The notes: a model not told the origin generated them from the sequence alone. DNA of 52,161 bases from Actinomycetes bacterium (GCA_021838305.1 JAKCEB010000001.1:1-52161), one strand, 5' to 3'. Positions 28,795-39,040 are shown, numbered from the stretch's first letter. Made by a program: numbers and translations.

Positions 28795-29763
28795 TCAAGA
28801 CGACGGCGTCGACGGGGTCGCGACTGCCGGCCCGCTCAGGACTGGGCGCTCAGGCACACTCAGATCAATTCCGGTGATGCCGCCCTGTGGACCTTGGTCG
28901 AGCACAGTTAGAAGGGCTTCCACCTTCGCTGCGAGATGGGAGCCGTCCCCGAGGTTTACGGCCACCGTCTGGGGCTGGTTGGCAAAGGCGGCCCCCGTTG
29001 CCGACGAAGCCGGATTCACCGTCGCCGACGTCTGAGCGGCCGTCAACCTGAGCGTCAAAGCGCCGCCCCCGATGTTGATCGACTGAAGCATCTCGCGCCG
29101 ATTCGAAGGCAACTCGCTGACAAAGGCCAGAGCCGCCGAGACCTGACTCGGCGGGTTGGAGCTCGAAGCGTTGACGTCGACGTTCGCCAAAGTGACCGGC
29201 CCTGACGGCCCCGCCTTGGCGCCGGGCGACCCGGGAATCCAGGATCCGAGCGGCCCGAGCGTGGTTACACCGTTGAGCCGTGGAAGCGACGGCGGCGGGG
29301 ACGCCGCGTATGCCAGCACCCTTCCGGTCTGATCCACTTCCGCCCACTGCTTCGCTGCGTGCGCGCCTGGAAGCTTGATCACCATGACCGGGTACCGCTG
29401 CGTCACCGACACCACGAGCGTGCCGGGCCACGTCACACGTGCGGCTGCGGCGCCCAGGTCGGCTGTGTTGTCGAGACGACCCACGACCGTCGAGGTGTTG
29501 ATGTCGATTAGCGGCTCGTGCAGACTCACGCCAGCAACGCTCGCTACCTCTGACACCGCCAGCGCCGCCGAGGTTGTGAGATGGATGTGGCGAAGCTCTA
29601 AAATCGGGCTGTACAGCGACCCGGCTGCGAGCCCGGCGACTGCGAGCACGGCCCCGGACGCGAGAAGCCGGTGGAGACGTCGCCGCCCTTCCTGGCGGCG
29701 CGCCTCGACCCACCTGCCGGCGATACGCGGGTCGACTCGGGGGCGAGTCAGGACGTCAGTCAT
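28795..29763 (-). CDS. ftsQ: Cell division protein FtsQ/DivIB (POTRA domain)
   Basis: Single N-terminal TM segment followed by a POTRA-like region ('VTWPGTLVVSVTQRYP'). Lies between murB and ftsZ. Confidence 0.75.
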   Translation of the reverse strand: MTDVLTRPRVDPRIAGRWVEARRQEGRRRLHRLLASGAVLAVAGLAAGSLYSPILELRHIHLTTSAALAVSEVASVAGVSLHEPLIDINTSTVVGRLDNTADLGAAAARVTWPGTLVVSVTQRYPVMVIKLPGAHAAKQWAEVDQTGRVLAYAASPPPSLPRLNGVTTLGPLGSWIPGSPGAKAGPSGPVTLANVDVNASSSNPPSQVSAALAFVSELPSNRREMLQSINIGGGALTLRLTAAQTSATVNPASSATGAAFANQPQTVAVNLGDGSHLAAKVEALLTVLDQGPQGGITGIDLSVPERPVLSGPAVATPSTPSS

Positions 29764-29866
29764 CTTCTGCCTTTCCGTCTGGGATCTCGAACTTTGCCAA
29801 GGGCGATGAGAAGTTCAACTTGAGGTTGAGACTGTGGCCTTCCCTGCGCATCTCTGCGGCCGACTG

Positions 29867-30820
29867 TCATGACGGCGCCTCGGGTAGGAACCCGATCATC
29901 TTGACCTCGGGGTGCAAGTCGATCGAGAAGCGCTCATGAACACATCGCTGCACTAGCGCGATTAGCGCCGCCACGTCGTCAGCAGAACCGCCGTCGTCCG
30001 CCTGGATGAAGTTGGCGTGTTTCGCCGAAACGGTCGCGGTGCCGATGCGTAGACCCTTCAGGCCTGCGAGGTCGATCAGGCGTCCCGCCGAGTCTCCGGG
30101 CGGGTTCTTAAAAACCGACCCTGCATTCTGGCCGCCCGGCTGATTCTCTCGACGCCAGCGAACTATCCCGGCGATAACGCTACGTCCCTCGCGCGGGTCG
30201 CCCGGCCCGAGGCCGAATCTCGCTGCGGTGACGAGCTGGCTGTCTGTCAGAGCGGAGCTTCGATACGACAACGCAAGCCGATCCACCTTAATCTCCCGCA
30301 CCTGGCCCGCCTGTGGTCCCGTCAAGTCGCAGACGGTTGCAGCTTCGAGTGTCTGCGAGATTTCCGAACCGTGGCCGCCGGCGTTCATACGGACCGCGCC
30401 TCCCACAGATCCGGGGACTCCGACCGCCCATTCCAAGCCTGTCAGCCCGGCTTCGACGCTTCGGCGCGCCAGGGCGGGCAGGGCAACCGCCGCTCCGGCG
30501 CAAAGGCGGGCCCCATCGACCTCGACCAAGCCGAACACGGAAGAGTCGAGGAGCACGGCGATACCGCCGAAACCGCCGTCGGCGACCAGCATGTTCGATC
30601 CTCTGCCGACGACGAGCGTTGGAAGGCCGCTCGCTTCGACTGCCTCTACAAGCTTTAGAAGGTCGCTGTCCGAGGCGACAGTAACGACCACTTCGGCACT
30701 GCCGCCGACCCTGTAGGTGCTAAGAGCGCCGATCGAACCACCGAGAACAGCCCGGTCGCCAAGCGGGGCGAGCACGTCGAAAGCCCGCCGCGCCGCGCTT
30801 CGCAATTCTGCGTTCCTCAC
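29867..30820 (-). CDS. murB: UDP-N-acetylenolpyruvoylglucosamine reductase
   Basis: FAD-binding 'GGSAEVVV...VVGRGSNMLV' and C-terminal 'SAKHANFI'. Confidence 0.92.
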   Translation of the reverse strand: MRNAELRSAARRAFDVLAPLGDRAVLGGSIGALSTYRVGGSAEVVVTVASDSDLLKLVEAVEASGLPTLVVGRGSNMLVADGGFGGIAVLLDSSVFGLVEVDGARLCAGAAVALPALARRSVEAGLTGLEWAVGVPGSVGGAVRMNAGGHGSEISQTLEAATVCDLTGPQAGQVREIKVDRLALSYRSSALTDSQLVTAARFGLGPGDPREGRSVIAGIVRWRRENQPGGQNAGSVFKNPPGDSAGRLIDLAGLKGLRIGTATVSAKHANFIQADDGGSADDVAALIALVQRCVHERFSIDLHPEVKMIGFLPEAPS

Positions 30821-30833
30821 TGTCGAACTGCCT

Positions 30834-32381
30834 TCATCGCCGTCCGACAGCGTCGAAGGATGCCATGACCATATCGGGGATCTCCGTGATGTCCCCCGCG
30901 CCGAGCGTCAGACAAAGATCTCCGGGCTGGAGCAGCTCCGCCAACAAAGAAGCGACCGACCGGAGCGTCCCCGCGCGATGGATCTCAACGTCGGGATGGG
31001 AACGCTGGACTGCTTCGGCTATCAGGTTCTCGTCGACTCCAGGCCTCGGCTTCTCGCCTGCCGGGTATATGCCTGCGATGACGACGACGTCAGCGCCCTC
31101 GAACGAGTCTGCGAACTGGCTCCAAAGCGCCTCGGTCCGGCTGTAGCGGTGAGGTTGGAAGACTGCCACGACCCTCGACCAGTTGCCCAGGCGCGCCGTG
31201 GCGATCGCTGCCGCTACCTCGCTCGGGAGATGGTCGTATCCATCGACGAACGACACGCCAGCGGCGCTCCCCCTCGACTGGAAGCGGCGGGCCACCCCCT
31301 TGAACGCTCCGATAGCATCGCCGAGCGATTCGATCGGGGCGCCAAGAGCTGCGCCGACTGCGACCGCTGCTGCAGCATTGCGCACGTTGTGAAGCCCCGG
31401 CACCGCAAGGTGGACGACCACATCCCAGTCGTCTGGTCGGCCTTCTGATTCGACCTCACGGCCTCCCGCCAAAGGAACAGCTCGTGCGGGTACCTGAACG
31501 CGAAAGTCGGATCCGTCGCTGTGCATTTCGACGTCGAGGGCGGCAAAGTCGGCGTTCAGCGACGTTCCGTATGTCAGCACGGCTCGCGCAGCGCCGTCCA
31601 CCCTCGCGGCAACTCGGAGAGCACCTGGGTCATCGGCGCAAAGCACCGCCAGTCCGTCACTCGGTGAAGCGAAGCGGGTGAACTCGTCCTCGAGCCTCCC
31701 GACGTCACCGTAGAACTCCAGGTGATCTGCCTCCACGTTTGTAACCACGACCGCTTGCGCGTCGAGTCTCGTGAATGTCCCGTCGCTCTCGTCAGCCTCT
31801 ACAACGAGCCACTCCCCGTCCGGGTCCCATCTCCCGCCGGGGCCCAAGCCCACAATCTCCGAGCCGACTATCCATGACGGTTTCCAACCGAGACGATCCA
31901 GTGTTATCGCGATCATCGCCGTCGTGGTTGTCTTTCCGTGCGTGCCGGAGACGGCTATCGTGCGCTTGAGCGAGCAGATAGCAGCCAAAAGGTCGGCTCG
32001 GCTCCATACCGGCGTTCCCGAATCCCTCGCTGCCGTGACATCGGCGTCGCTGTCGGGCACCGCGGTCGAGCGTACGACCACATCAGCAGCAACCGCCATT
32101 TCGGGGGTGCTTCCCACCGCAACCGCGACGCCGAGCCGACCGAGGCGCTGCAGGCTCGGCGAGTCGGAGGCATCTGAGCCTGTGACCGAGTAACCCATCT
32201 CGACGAGCACCGTTGCGATAGCGCTCATTCCGGCTCCGCCGGCTCCGACTACGTGAACCCTTCGAGCGTCGGCGAGTCGAGATCCGAACCCTCCGGAGTT
32301 ACCCGACGTCTGGGTACGCGGCGGTGTCTGGCCGGCCGGTGCGAGAGCCGTGGACGCCTCTTCGGCTGACCGTTCATGCAC
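30834..32381 (-). CDS. murC: UDP-N-acetylmuramate--L-alanine ligase
   Basis: 'VHVVGAGGAGMSAIA' and 'VSGTHGKTTTTAM'. Start taken at GTG 32381 (GTGCATGA overlap with the murG stop); the ORF extends to 32450. Confidence 0.92.
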   Translation of the reverse strand: MHERSAEEASTALAPAGQTPPRTQTSGNSGGFGSRLADARRVHVVGAGGAGMSAIATVLVEMGYSVTGSDASDSPSLQRLGRLGVAVAVGSTPEMAVAADVVVRSTAVPDSDADVTAARDSGTPVWSRADLLAAICSLKRTIAVSGTHGKTTTTAMIAITLDRLGWKPSWIVGSEIVGLGPGGRWDPDGEWLVVEADESDGTFTRLDAQAVVVTNVEADHLEFYGDVGRLEDEFTRFASPSDGLAVLCADDPGALRVAARVDGAARAVLTYGTSLNADFAALDVEMHSDGSDFRVQVPARAVPLAGGREVESEGRPDDWDVVVHLAVPGLHNVRNAAAAVAVGAALGAPIESLGDAIGAFKGVARRFQSRGSAAGVSFVDGYDHLPSEVAAAIATARLGNWSRVVAVFQPHRYSRTEALWSQFADSFEGADVVVIAGIYPAGEKPRPGVDENLIAEAVQRSHPDVEIHRAGTLRSVASLLAELLQPGDLCLTLGAGDITEIPDMVMASFDAVGRR

Positions 32382-33516
32382 GCGCGTGCCTCTCGGCGAG
32401 TCGAGCCACGCTGTCAGCCGCATCCGGGCGTCCAAGAGCGCGTGCTGCATTGGCCATCTCCTTGATACGACCCGGCTGCGAGATCAGGGCCTCGACGGCC
32501 TCGGCGAGGGTTGCTCCGTCGACATCCGAGTCGGCGATCACAGAAGCTGCCCCTGCGTCAGCGAGGAATCTTGCGTTGTAGGTTTGATGGTTACCCGGCG
32601 ACCCCGAGAGCGGAATGAGGATCGAGGCCACTCCGACGACTGCGATCTCGGCGACCGTCGTAGCGCCCGCACGGCTTATGAGGAGATCACTGGCACGCAG
32701 AAGCAGGTCCATGCGATCCTCGAATCTCACCCGTCTGTAGTCGATGACAGATCCCGCGGGCGGTTGGCGCCTGGAGAATTCGTCCCAGTCGCGGTCGCCA
32801 ACGACGTGGTAGACGGTGATCGCGCTCCGAGCCGACCAGGACGACGCTAGCGAGAACACGGCCTCGTTCACCCGCAAAGCCCCTAAGGACCCGCCTACCG
32901 CTGCAATGACGACCGTGTCCACATCGATCCCCAATGCTCGACGGGCTTGCGCCTTGCCTTCAGGAGACGTGTCCGCCTCGGCGATCTCTGAGCGGACCGG
33001 GTTACCGGTAGTTACCGCACGCGGCAACAAAGTACCTGGAAACGAGACGGCACACGCGGCAGCGAAGCGACCCGAAATACGATTCGCCAGTCCAGGCACC
33101 GCATTCTGCTCCGAGACGACTATCGGCACACGCAAAAGTATGCCAGCTGCTGCGGCGGGGACACTTGCATAGCCCCCGACCACCACGACGACAGACGGGC
33201 GTCTCCTGCGCAGAAGTTCCAGGGCGCGCAGGAACCCCAAAAGCAGACCGGCGACAGCCTTCATGTTCGCCGCTGTGAGGCGTCGCGCTATGCCGCGACC
33301 GGGCAATGCCACCAGTTCGAAGCCCGCCGATGGAACCATTCGGCATTCGATCCCCCGACTCGATCCGACGAAGAGAATGCTCGATTCGCTATGTCCGCGC
33401 GCCACCAAAGCCCGCGCAATTGCAATCGCCGGAACGACGTGGCCGCCTGTTCCCCCCCCGGCTATCACCGCCCATACCCGGGCGTCCGCCGGCGCCTTGC
33501 GCCCCTGCGGCGTCAA
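32374..33516 (-). CDS. murG: Lipid II synthase MurG (UDP-GlcNAc transferase)
   Basis: 'IAGGGTGGHVVPAIAIA'. Start taken at TTG 33516 (TTGA overlap with the ftsW stop). The longer ORF to 33711 overlaps ftsW. Confidence 0.9.
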   Translation of the reverse strand: MTPQGRKAPADARVWAVIAGGGTGGHVVPAIAIARALVARGHSESSILFVGSSRGIECRMVPSAGFELVALPGRGIARRLTAANMKAVAGLLLGFLRALELLRRRRPSVVVVVGGYASVPAAAAGILLRVPIVVSEQNAVPGLANRISGRFAAACAVSFPGTLLPRAVTTGNPVRSEIAEADTSPEGKAQARRALGIDVDTVVIAAVGGSLGALRVNEAVFSLASSWSARSAITVYHVVGDRDWDEFSRRQPPAGSVIDYRRVRFEDRMDLLLRASDLLISRAGATTVAEIAVVGVASILIPLSGSPGNHQTYNARFLADAGAASVIADSDVDGATLAEAVEALISQPGRIKEMANAARALGRPDAADSVARLAERHARA

Positions 33517-34727
33517 GTCAGCTGCGTCCGAGAGGTCCTTGCGATGTTCGCGAGCATCCCGACGCCGAACAGCGATATGACCAAAGCAGAGCCGCCGAAC
33601 GACACGAAGGGCAGCGGCACGCCGGTGACGGGGAGGATACCGACGACAGCACCGATGTTGATAACGGCCTGACTCGCCAGCCAGGCGGTAATGCCCGTGG
33701 CGAGTAGGCATGCGTAATTCGACGGCGCCCTCGCCGCGACGCGCACACCGACCAATACCAAAGCAGCAAAAAGACCGCTGACGAACAGGCCGCCGACAAG
33801 GCCGGTCTCTTCACCGATCACGGCGAAGATGAAGTCCGTCTGCGCATTCGGCAGGTACCCGTAGCTTGCGAGGCTCGCCCCGATCCCGTCGCCGATGACC
33901 TGGCCGTGACTGAGCGCCACCAGGGCCTCCACCGACTGGTACCCGCTTTGATGGGGATGGGCGAACGGGTGCAAAAAGGCGGTTAAGCGCTGCCACCTGT
34001 ACGGCGACGCCTTCGCCAAACCGAACGCGCCGACAACCGCGCCTCCGCTCATCGCCCCCATCCACCTCCCCGGTATGCCGGCGGCGAAAAGCATCGATGT
34101 GGTTACGACCATCACCACGATTGTCGTGCCCATGTCTGGTTGGGCCATTACCAAAGCGCCGACCAGACCAAGCATCGCCAGCACGGGTCCCGCCTGGTAC
34201 TTCCAGGGTCCCTTTCCGCCGCGGCGGTCGAGGACGTCGGCGGTGAAGATGATAAGCGCAAGCTTCGCAAGCTCGGAAGGCTGGATCTGGACACTCGTCG
34301 TGCCGAGCCATCGGGTAGCACCTCCGGCGCTGACCCCGACGCCCGGAACGAGTACGGCGAACAAGAGGCCGACCGTCAACCACATGAGCATCGGAGCGAC
34401 CCGACGCCAGAAGCTGTGATGCACCCGGAACGCAACAAACAATCCTGTCCATCCCAACGCAAGCCATATCCATTGCCTGATGAAGTAGTGCCAGGGCGAG
34501 CCGAAGATAGCGAGGCTCGTGATCGACGATGCCGAGAACACCATGACGACGCCGATCATGCAGAGAACTGCAACCAAGGCGATAAGAAGCCACAAACTGT
34601 TGTCCTTCGGGCGCCCGGACCCAGTCTTCGACGCACTCGCCTGCGAGTCACCGCGAGACTTTCTCCTGGAACCCGCCGAGGACGGCCGGATGGTCGCGTC
34701 TGGCCTGTGCTGCGTCTGTACCTTCAT
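33513..34727 (-). CDS. ftsW: SEDS family cell division protein FtsW
   Basis: Multi-TM SEDS protein ('DFIFAVIGEETGLVG', 'PLPFVSFGGSAL'). GGAGAT lies 8 nt upstream of ATG 34727. Confidence 0.9.
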   Translation of the reverse strand: MKVQTQHRPDATIRPSSAGSRRKSRGDSQASASKTGSGRPKDNSLWLLIALVAVLCMIGVVMVFSASSITSLAIFGSPWHYFIRQWIWLALGWTGLFVAFRVHHSFWRRVAPMLMWLTVGLLFAVLVPGVGVSAGGATRWLGTTSVQIQPSELAKLALIIFTADVLDRRGGKGPWKYQAGPVLAMLGLVGALVMAQPDMGTTIVVMVVTTSMLFAAGIPGRWMGAMSGGAVVGAFGLAKASPYRWQRLTAFLHPFAHPHQSGYQSVEALVALSHGQVIGDGIGASLASYGYLPNAQTDFIFAVIGEETGLVGGLFVSGLFAALVLVGVRVAARAPSNYACLLATGITAWLASQAVINIGAVVGILPVTGVPLPFVSFGGSALVISLFGVGMLANIARTSRTQLT

Positions 34728-34745
34728 CGCCAATCATCTCCGGTG

Positions 34746-34784
34746 TCTGTGGTCTGGGTCATCTGGGGCGTCTGGTTGATCTGG
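34746..34784. repeat. Five phased TCTG(G) repeats (spacing 7, 9, 9, 9 nt) in the mraY-ftsW spacer
   Basis: TCTG starts at 34746, 34753, 34762, 34771 and 34780 (CCAGA on the transcribed minus strand). This is 20-60 nt upstream of the ftsW start. Confidence 0.6.
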
Positions 34785-34830
34785 CTTGCAATTTGCGAAT
34801 TCGAGTTGCCTGAACGGGCCGGATTTGTCC

Positions 34831-35859
34831 TCATCCTCCACCGCCTCGCGCTATGAAGTCCGCATAGAACGATCCGAGTGCGACGGCCGTAAACAGGCCA
34901 GAGAGAATCCAGAAGCGAATGATCACTGTCGTCTCAGGCCAGCCGACCAGTTCGAAGTGGTGGTGTATGGGCGCCATTCGCAGCACCCTCCGATGCAAAA
35001 GCCGGAAGCTGGCCACTTGAACCACCACCGAAGCCGTTTCGATGACGAACAAACCTCCGATGATGAAAACAAGGAGGTCGACGTTCTCGAGCAACGCAAG
35101 AACAGCTATCGCTGTGCCGATACCCAGCGAACCGGTGTCACCCATAAAGATTCGGGCGGGCGCAGCATTGAACCACAGGAAGCCGCAGCACGCTCCGATG
35201 AAGGCAGTCGCTATGGCGGCCTCGTCGAGCGGTGCCGGGTTCTGGTAGAGGCCGAAGTGACGAAACTGGTAGAACCCGATCACGGTGAAGGCGGCGAACG
35301 CGAAGGCTGAAGACCCCGCAGCAAGGCCATCCAAACCGTCCGTGAGGTTGACGGCGTTGGCGAAGCCGACTATCACAAGCACCGCAAGGATAACCCAGCC
35401 GACTTTTCCCAGGTTGATGCCGGTCGAGTTGAAACGGGTAAACGACAGGTGGGTGTCTACTTTCAACCATGTGACAGCCGACAGAGCAAACGCAAGGGCC
35501 ACAATGAGCTGGGCTCCTGCTTTAGCGCGCTTGTTCAGTCCGAGGCTTCGCTGGTGACGTACCTTGATCCAGTCGTCGAGGAATCCGATCCCAGACGCGG
35601 CGATAATCGTCGCTACCGCCACGATGCCCCGGGTCGTGAAAGCAGAACCGATGTGAGCGACGAAATAGCCGGCAACGCTGGCTGCGATTATGGATATACC
35701 GCCCATGGTGGGCGTCCCCGCTTTGGTGAGGTGCTGCCTCGGCCCGTCCTCTCGAATCTGCTGGCCGATGCCGCGCTTGACCAGCCAACTGATCAACAGC
35801 GGCGTGGCGACCATCGATACTGCCATTCCGACCAATCCGGCCAGAAGGAGGTCGGTCAT
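34831..35859 (-). CDS. mraY: Phospho-N-acetylmuramoyl-pentapeptide transferase
   Basis: 'NAVNLTDGLDGLA'. Start at ATG 35859 (ATGA overlap with the murE stop). The long N-terminal ORF extension is spurious. Confidence 0.95.
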   Translation of the reverse strand: MTDLLLAGLVGMAVSMVATPLLISWLVKRGIGQQIREDGPRQHLTKAGTPTMGGISIIAASVAGYFVAHIGSAFTTRGIVAVATIIAASGIGFLDDWIKVRHQRSLGLNKRAKAGAQLIVALAFALSAVTWLKVDTHLSFTRFNSTGINLGKVGWVILAVLVIVGFANAVNLTDGLDGLAAGSSAFAFAAFTVIGFYQFRHFGLYQNPAPLDEAAIATAFIGACCGFLWFNAAPARIFMGDTGSLGIGTAIAVLALLENVDLLVFIIGGLFVIETASVVVQVASFRLLHRRVLRMAPIHHHFELVGWPETTVIIRFWILSGLFTAVALGSFYADFIARGGGG

Positions 35860-37298
35860 GGCTGGCCCTGTCTCGCAGTTAGGATCCGATTGAGCGCTTC
35901 GTGCGCCACGGTGACGTCGTCGAAAGCCGCAAACCTCCCGGCGACCTCCTGGTACTTCTCGTGTCCTTTTCCTGCGATCACGACTACATCCCCGGCTTGA
36001 GCTGTCGCCAGGGCGGTCGCGATAGCTTCTGCCCTGTCCACTTGCGATAGGGCAGAGCCCCCCGCGTCGGAAACGCCGGCCAGCACGTCGGAAACGATGC
36101 TCTCGGGATCTTCCGAGCGGGGATTGTCGGAGGTGACGATAAGAAGGTCTGCCAGCTGAGACGCAGCGAAACCCATCAACGGTCGTTTGGTGCGGTCGCG
36201 GTCGCCCCCGGCACCGAAGGCCACTATCAGTCTCCCATCGCAAATCTGGCGTGCCGCTGTCAGGACACTCGTCAGTCCGTCCGGCGTGTGTGCGTAGTCG
36301 ACGATCACGGTAAATGGTTGACCCGCGTCGACCAGCTCGAAACGACCCGGCACCTTCCGAAGTGCCGACAGGCCTTCGACTATTGCCTCCGCTCCTATAC
36401 CGAGAGAGCGAGCGCACGTGGCGGCCGCAAGCGCATTCATAACGTTGAACCGGCCGCCCAGAGCGATGCTTATGTGCTGGCCCTCCCAGACGAAGTTACT
36501 TCCGGTCGGGGTGAAGTCAATCTCGGCGGCGTCGTCGACTGAGAATGTGACGACATGTGAGCCGCGTTCACGCAGCGACTCCGAGAGGCGTCTGCCCCAG
36601 ACATCATCGCCGTTGACCACAGAGACGCCAAGCCTGTCAGTCTCAAACAACCTCGCTTTGGCATTGAAGTACGATGACATATCACCGTGGTAGTCAAGGT
36701 GCTCCGGTGTGAGGTTTAAGAACACACCAGCGGCAAAGCGGATCGAGTCGCAGCGGTGCTGCTCCAGAGCATGCGACGAGACCTCCATCGCCACGGCCCT
36801 TCCGCCGGATCGTACCCATTCCGCCAGCAGCGCCTGCAGTTCGGGCGCTTCTGGTGTCGTCCTCGCCTGGCTGAGTGTTCCGACGGCTGTCGCAGGCCAT
36901 CCGTTTGCGTCGAATATCTCCTTTAGCATAGCGCAAGTCGTGGTTTTCCCGTTGGTTCCGGTTACCCCGGCGATCGTCAGACGACTCGACGGATGGCCCC
37001 ACAGCACGTCGCTGAGCGGCCCGAGAGTCCGTCTAACCGAACGTACGATCACTTGAGGAACATCGATGTCGAGGCGGCGTTCGCTCAGTATCGCGACCGC
37101 CCCACCCGCTACCGCCTCGGCGGCGTATGAGTGGCCGTCGACCAGGTTCCCCGGAACACAAGCAAACATCGACCCTTCGCCAAGTCGGCGCGAATCGATC
37201 ACCACGCTCGAGACGTCGACAGTGTCGTCCCCGGCGAGTCCGAGGAGCAAGGCGGAGTCCGCTAGCCCCGCTGATTGTACGAGATCACCGAGGCGCAC
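35856..37298 (-). CDS. murE: UDP-MurNAc-L-Ala-D-Glu--2,6-diaminopimelate ligase
   Basis: 'GVTGTNGKTTT', 'DYAHTPD', 'GAGGDRDRTKRP' and the meso-DAP specificity motif 'DNPR'. Confidence 0.92.
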   Translation of the reverse strand: MRLGDLVQSAGLADSALLLGLAGDDTVDVSSVVIDSRRLGEGSMFACVPGNLVDGHSYAAEAVAGGAVAILSERRLDIDVPQVIVRSVRRTLGPLSDVLWGHPSSRLTIAGVTGTNGKTTTCAMLKEIFDANGWPATAVGTLSQARTTPEAPELQALLAEWVRSGGRAVAMEVSSHALEQHRCDSIRFAAGVFLNLTPEHLDYHGDMSSYFNAKARLFETDRLGVSVVNGDDVWGRRLSESLRERGSHVVTFSVDDAAEIDFTPTGSNFVWEGQHISIALGGRFNVMNALAAATCARSLGIGAEAIVEGLSALRKVPGRFELVDAGQPFTVIVDYAHTPDGLTSVLTAARQICDGRLIVAFGAGGDRDRTKRPLMGFAASQLADLLIVTSDNPRSEDPESIVSDVLAGVSDAGGSALSQVDRAEAIATALATAQAGDVVVIAGKGHEKYQEVAGRFAAFDDVTVAHEALNRILTARQGQP

Positions 37299-37337
37299 GG
37301 TCCTCAGGCACCAAGTCGACCGGTCATCGGGGCGATG

Positions 37338-37934
37338 TCAAGGCAGACCGGCAATAAGAGACTTTACCGCCGGCCAGTCGCTGTCAGCGCCAGGCGTCAT
37401 CGAAGTCGGACCTGCAGGTGCCGCTGCGGTGCCTTTCGCCGCGGTAGACGCCGGATGATCCGCCGAGGTGGGCGTCAGGTAGTTGACAGACGACGGCTGG
37501 ACCATGCCCAGTTTGCCTTCTGCTGTCGCAATGATATTGGCGGGCGAGGAAAGCTCCGCTACGCGCAGCCGGAGGCCCTGGTATGTCGTCTCCTGCGCGG
37601 CTATGCGCGCGTTCGTGGTGTCAAGCGCAAACTGACGTTGCGCAAGTACGACGTGCACGTAGACAAGGCCGAGGCAGACAACGGTGGCCGTTGCAACGCA
37701 TAGTCCGAACAGCACTCGCGGGCTCGGCCGGAATCGGGGCTTCGACCCCATCTCGATCAGGCGAAGATGGCTCGCACCTGGACGTCCGACCTCGGCCTCT
37801 GAGTCCGGTCGACGGTTGGGGGCATGCGCTGAAAAGTCGCGTAGCTCGTCACCGTCGTCTTGCCAGTTCGGGCCAGCGGCGCGTCTGGACCTTGGGTAGC
37901 GCTCCCGTCGAAGTTCTCCTGCAGCCCTGCTCAA
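37338..37934 (-). CDS. ftsL: FtsL-like cell division protein (single TM plus coiled coil)
   Basis: Arg-rich cytoplasmic N-terminus, TM 'VLFGLCVATATVVCLGLVYVHVV', then a heptad-like region. Lies directly after rsmH. TTGA overlap start, or internal ATG (MGSKP). Confidence 0.6.
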   Translation of the reverse strand: MSRAAGELRRERYPRSRRAAGPNWQDDGDELRDFSAHAPNRRPDSEAEVGRPGASHLRLIEMGSKPRFRPSPRVLFGLCVATATVVCLGLVYVHVVLAQRQFALDTTNARIAAQETTYQGLRLRVAELSSPANIIATAEGKLGMVQPSSVNYLTPTSADHPASTAAKGTAAAPAGPTSMTPGADSDWPAVKSLIAGLP

Positions 37935-39040
37935 ATCTCCGACTTCCTCTCATCCGCATCCAGCCCGTCGCCGGCACCCGGCGTGAAGCCGAGCGCCTCC
38001 ACTGCTCTAAGGCGCGCGCTTTCAGCGCGATGGTTTCCGTCGACCTCGCTTTTGGACGGTCTGAGCGCGCCCCGCACCAGGTACCGCACTCTTGGAACCG
38101 CTCCGCAGACACATGGAAGCCGCGGAGGGCATGTGCAGCCGCCGGTCGCAGCTTCGCGGAAGCGGTCCTTCACTATCCGGTCCTCGCCCGAGTGGTACGC
38201 GAGTGTGACGCAACGCCCTCCGGGCGCGAGGCGCCGCAGAAGCCGGTCCAATGCCGGTTCGAGTAGTGTGAGCTCATCGTTCACTGCGACGCGCACCGCT
38301 TGGAAAACCCGGCGTGCGGGGTGACCGCCGGTGCGGCGCGCAGGCGCTGGTATCGCTGACTTCACGACTTCGGCGAGTGCCATCGTCGAGTCCAGCGGTC
38401 GCGCGGCGACGATAGCCCTTGCGATCCTCGAAGCGAATCTGCGCTCACCGTGCTCGCGAAATAGCGCCGCCAAATCGCCGGCGGTCCAACCGTTGACAAT
38501 TGAATCGGCGGTCAGCGCGCTCGTCGAGTCCATCCGCATGTCGAGAGGACCATCCGTCCGATAGCTGAACCCGCGCTCGCCCGTGTCGAGCTGTGGGGAG
38601 CTCACCCCGAGATCGAAGAGCACCGCAGTGAGCGCGGACAGCGGCGCTTCGTCGAGGAAATCGCCGGCCCTGTCGAAACGGGCATGCCTCAGGCGAACCC
38701 GGCCAGCGAAAGGAGCGAGAACGCTGCCGGCGGCATCGATGGCCGCGCGGTCACGGTCGACGCCGATGAGCGCTAACTGAGGGGCCGCTTCGAGCACTGC
38801 TCGGGCGTGCCCTCCCCCGCCCACGGTACAGTCCAGGTATATGCCCGGTGGCGATTGTGCAAGCAGGCCGACGACCTCATTCAGCATCACAGGCTCGTGA
38901 ACGAAGGAGTTCACGGCAGCCTTGCGGGCGATCCGCAGCCCCTCGACCAGCTGGCCATCGGGATTTCTCCCCGATTCAGGCAGGCGGAAGCAGGAGACGG
39001 AGAAGGGGACTCCCGCCCTGCTGGTCGGAGGGCTGCGCAT
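37931..39040 (-). CDS. rsmH: 16S rRNA (cytosine1402-N4)-methyltransferase
   Basis: 'HEPVMLNEVV' and 'DCTVGGGGHA'. The start is ATG 39040 or GTG 38914. The ORF continuing to 39556 overlaps mraZ and is not credible. Confidence 0.9.
   Translation of the reverse strand: MRSPPTSRAGVPFSVSCFRLPESGRNPDGQLVEGLRIARKAAVNSFVHEPVMLNEVVGLLAQSPPGIYLDCTVGGGGHARAVLEAAPQLALIGVDRDRAAIDAAGSVLAPFAGRVRLRHARFDRAGDFLDEAPLSALTAVLFDLGVSSPQLDTGERGFSYRTDGPLDMRMDSTSALTADSIVNGWTAGDLAALFREHGERRFASRIARAIVAARPLDSTMALAEVVKSAIPAPARRTGGHPARRVFQAVRVAVNDELTLLEPALDRLLRRLAPGGRCVTLAYHSGEDRIVKDRFREAATGGCTCPPRLPCVCGAVPRVRYLVRGALRPSKSEVDGNHRAESARLRAVEALGFTPGAGDGLDADERKSEI

Noticed and set aside
35860-36417. N-terminal ORF extensions of mraY (to 36417), murG (to 33711), rsmH (to 39556), cbiD (from 13741) and cbiA (from 10657).
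   Set aside because: The extensions overlap the upstream, well-supported genes and are Arg/Gly-rich. Internal starts with good RBS or 4-nt stop/start overlaps reproduce normal protein lengths.
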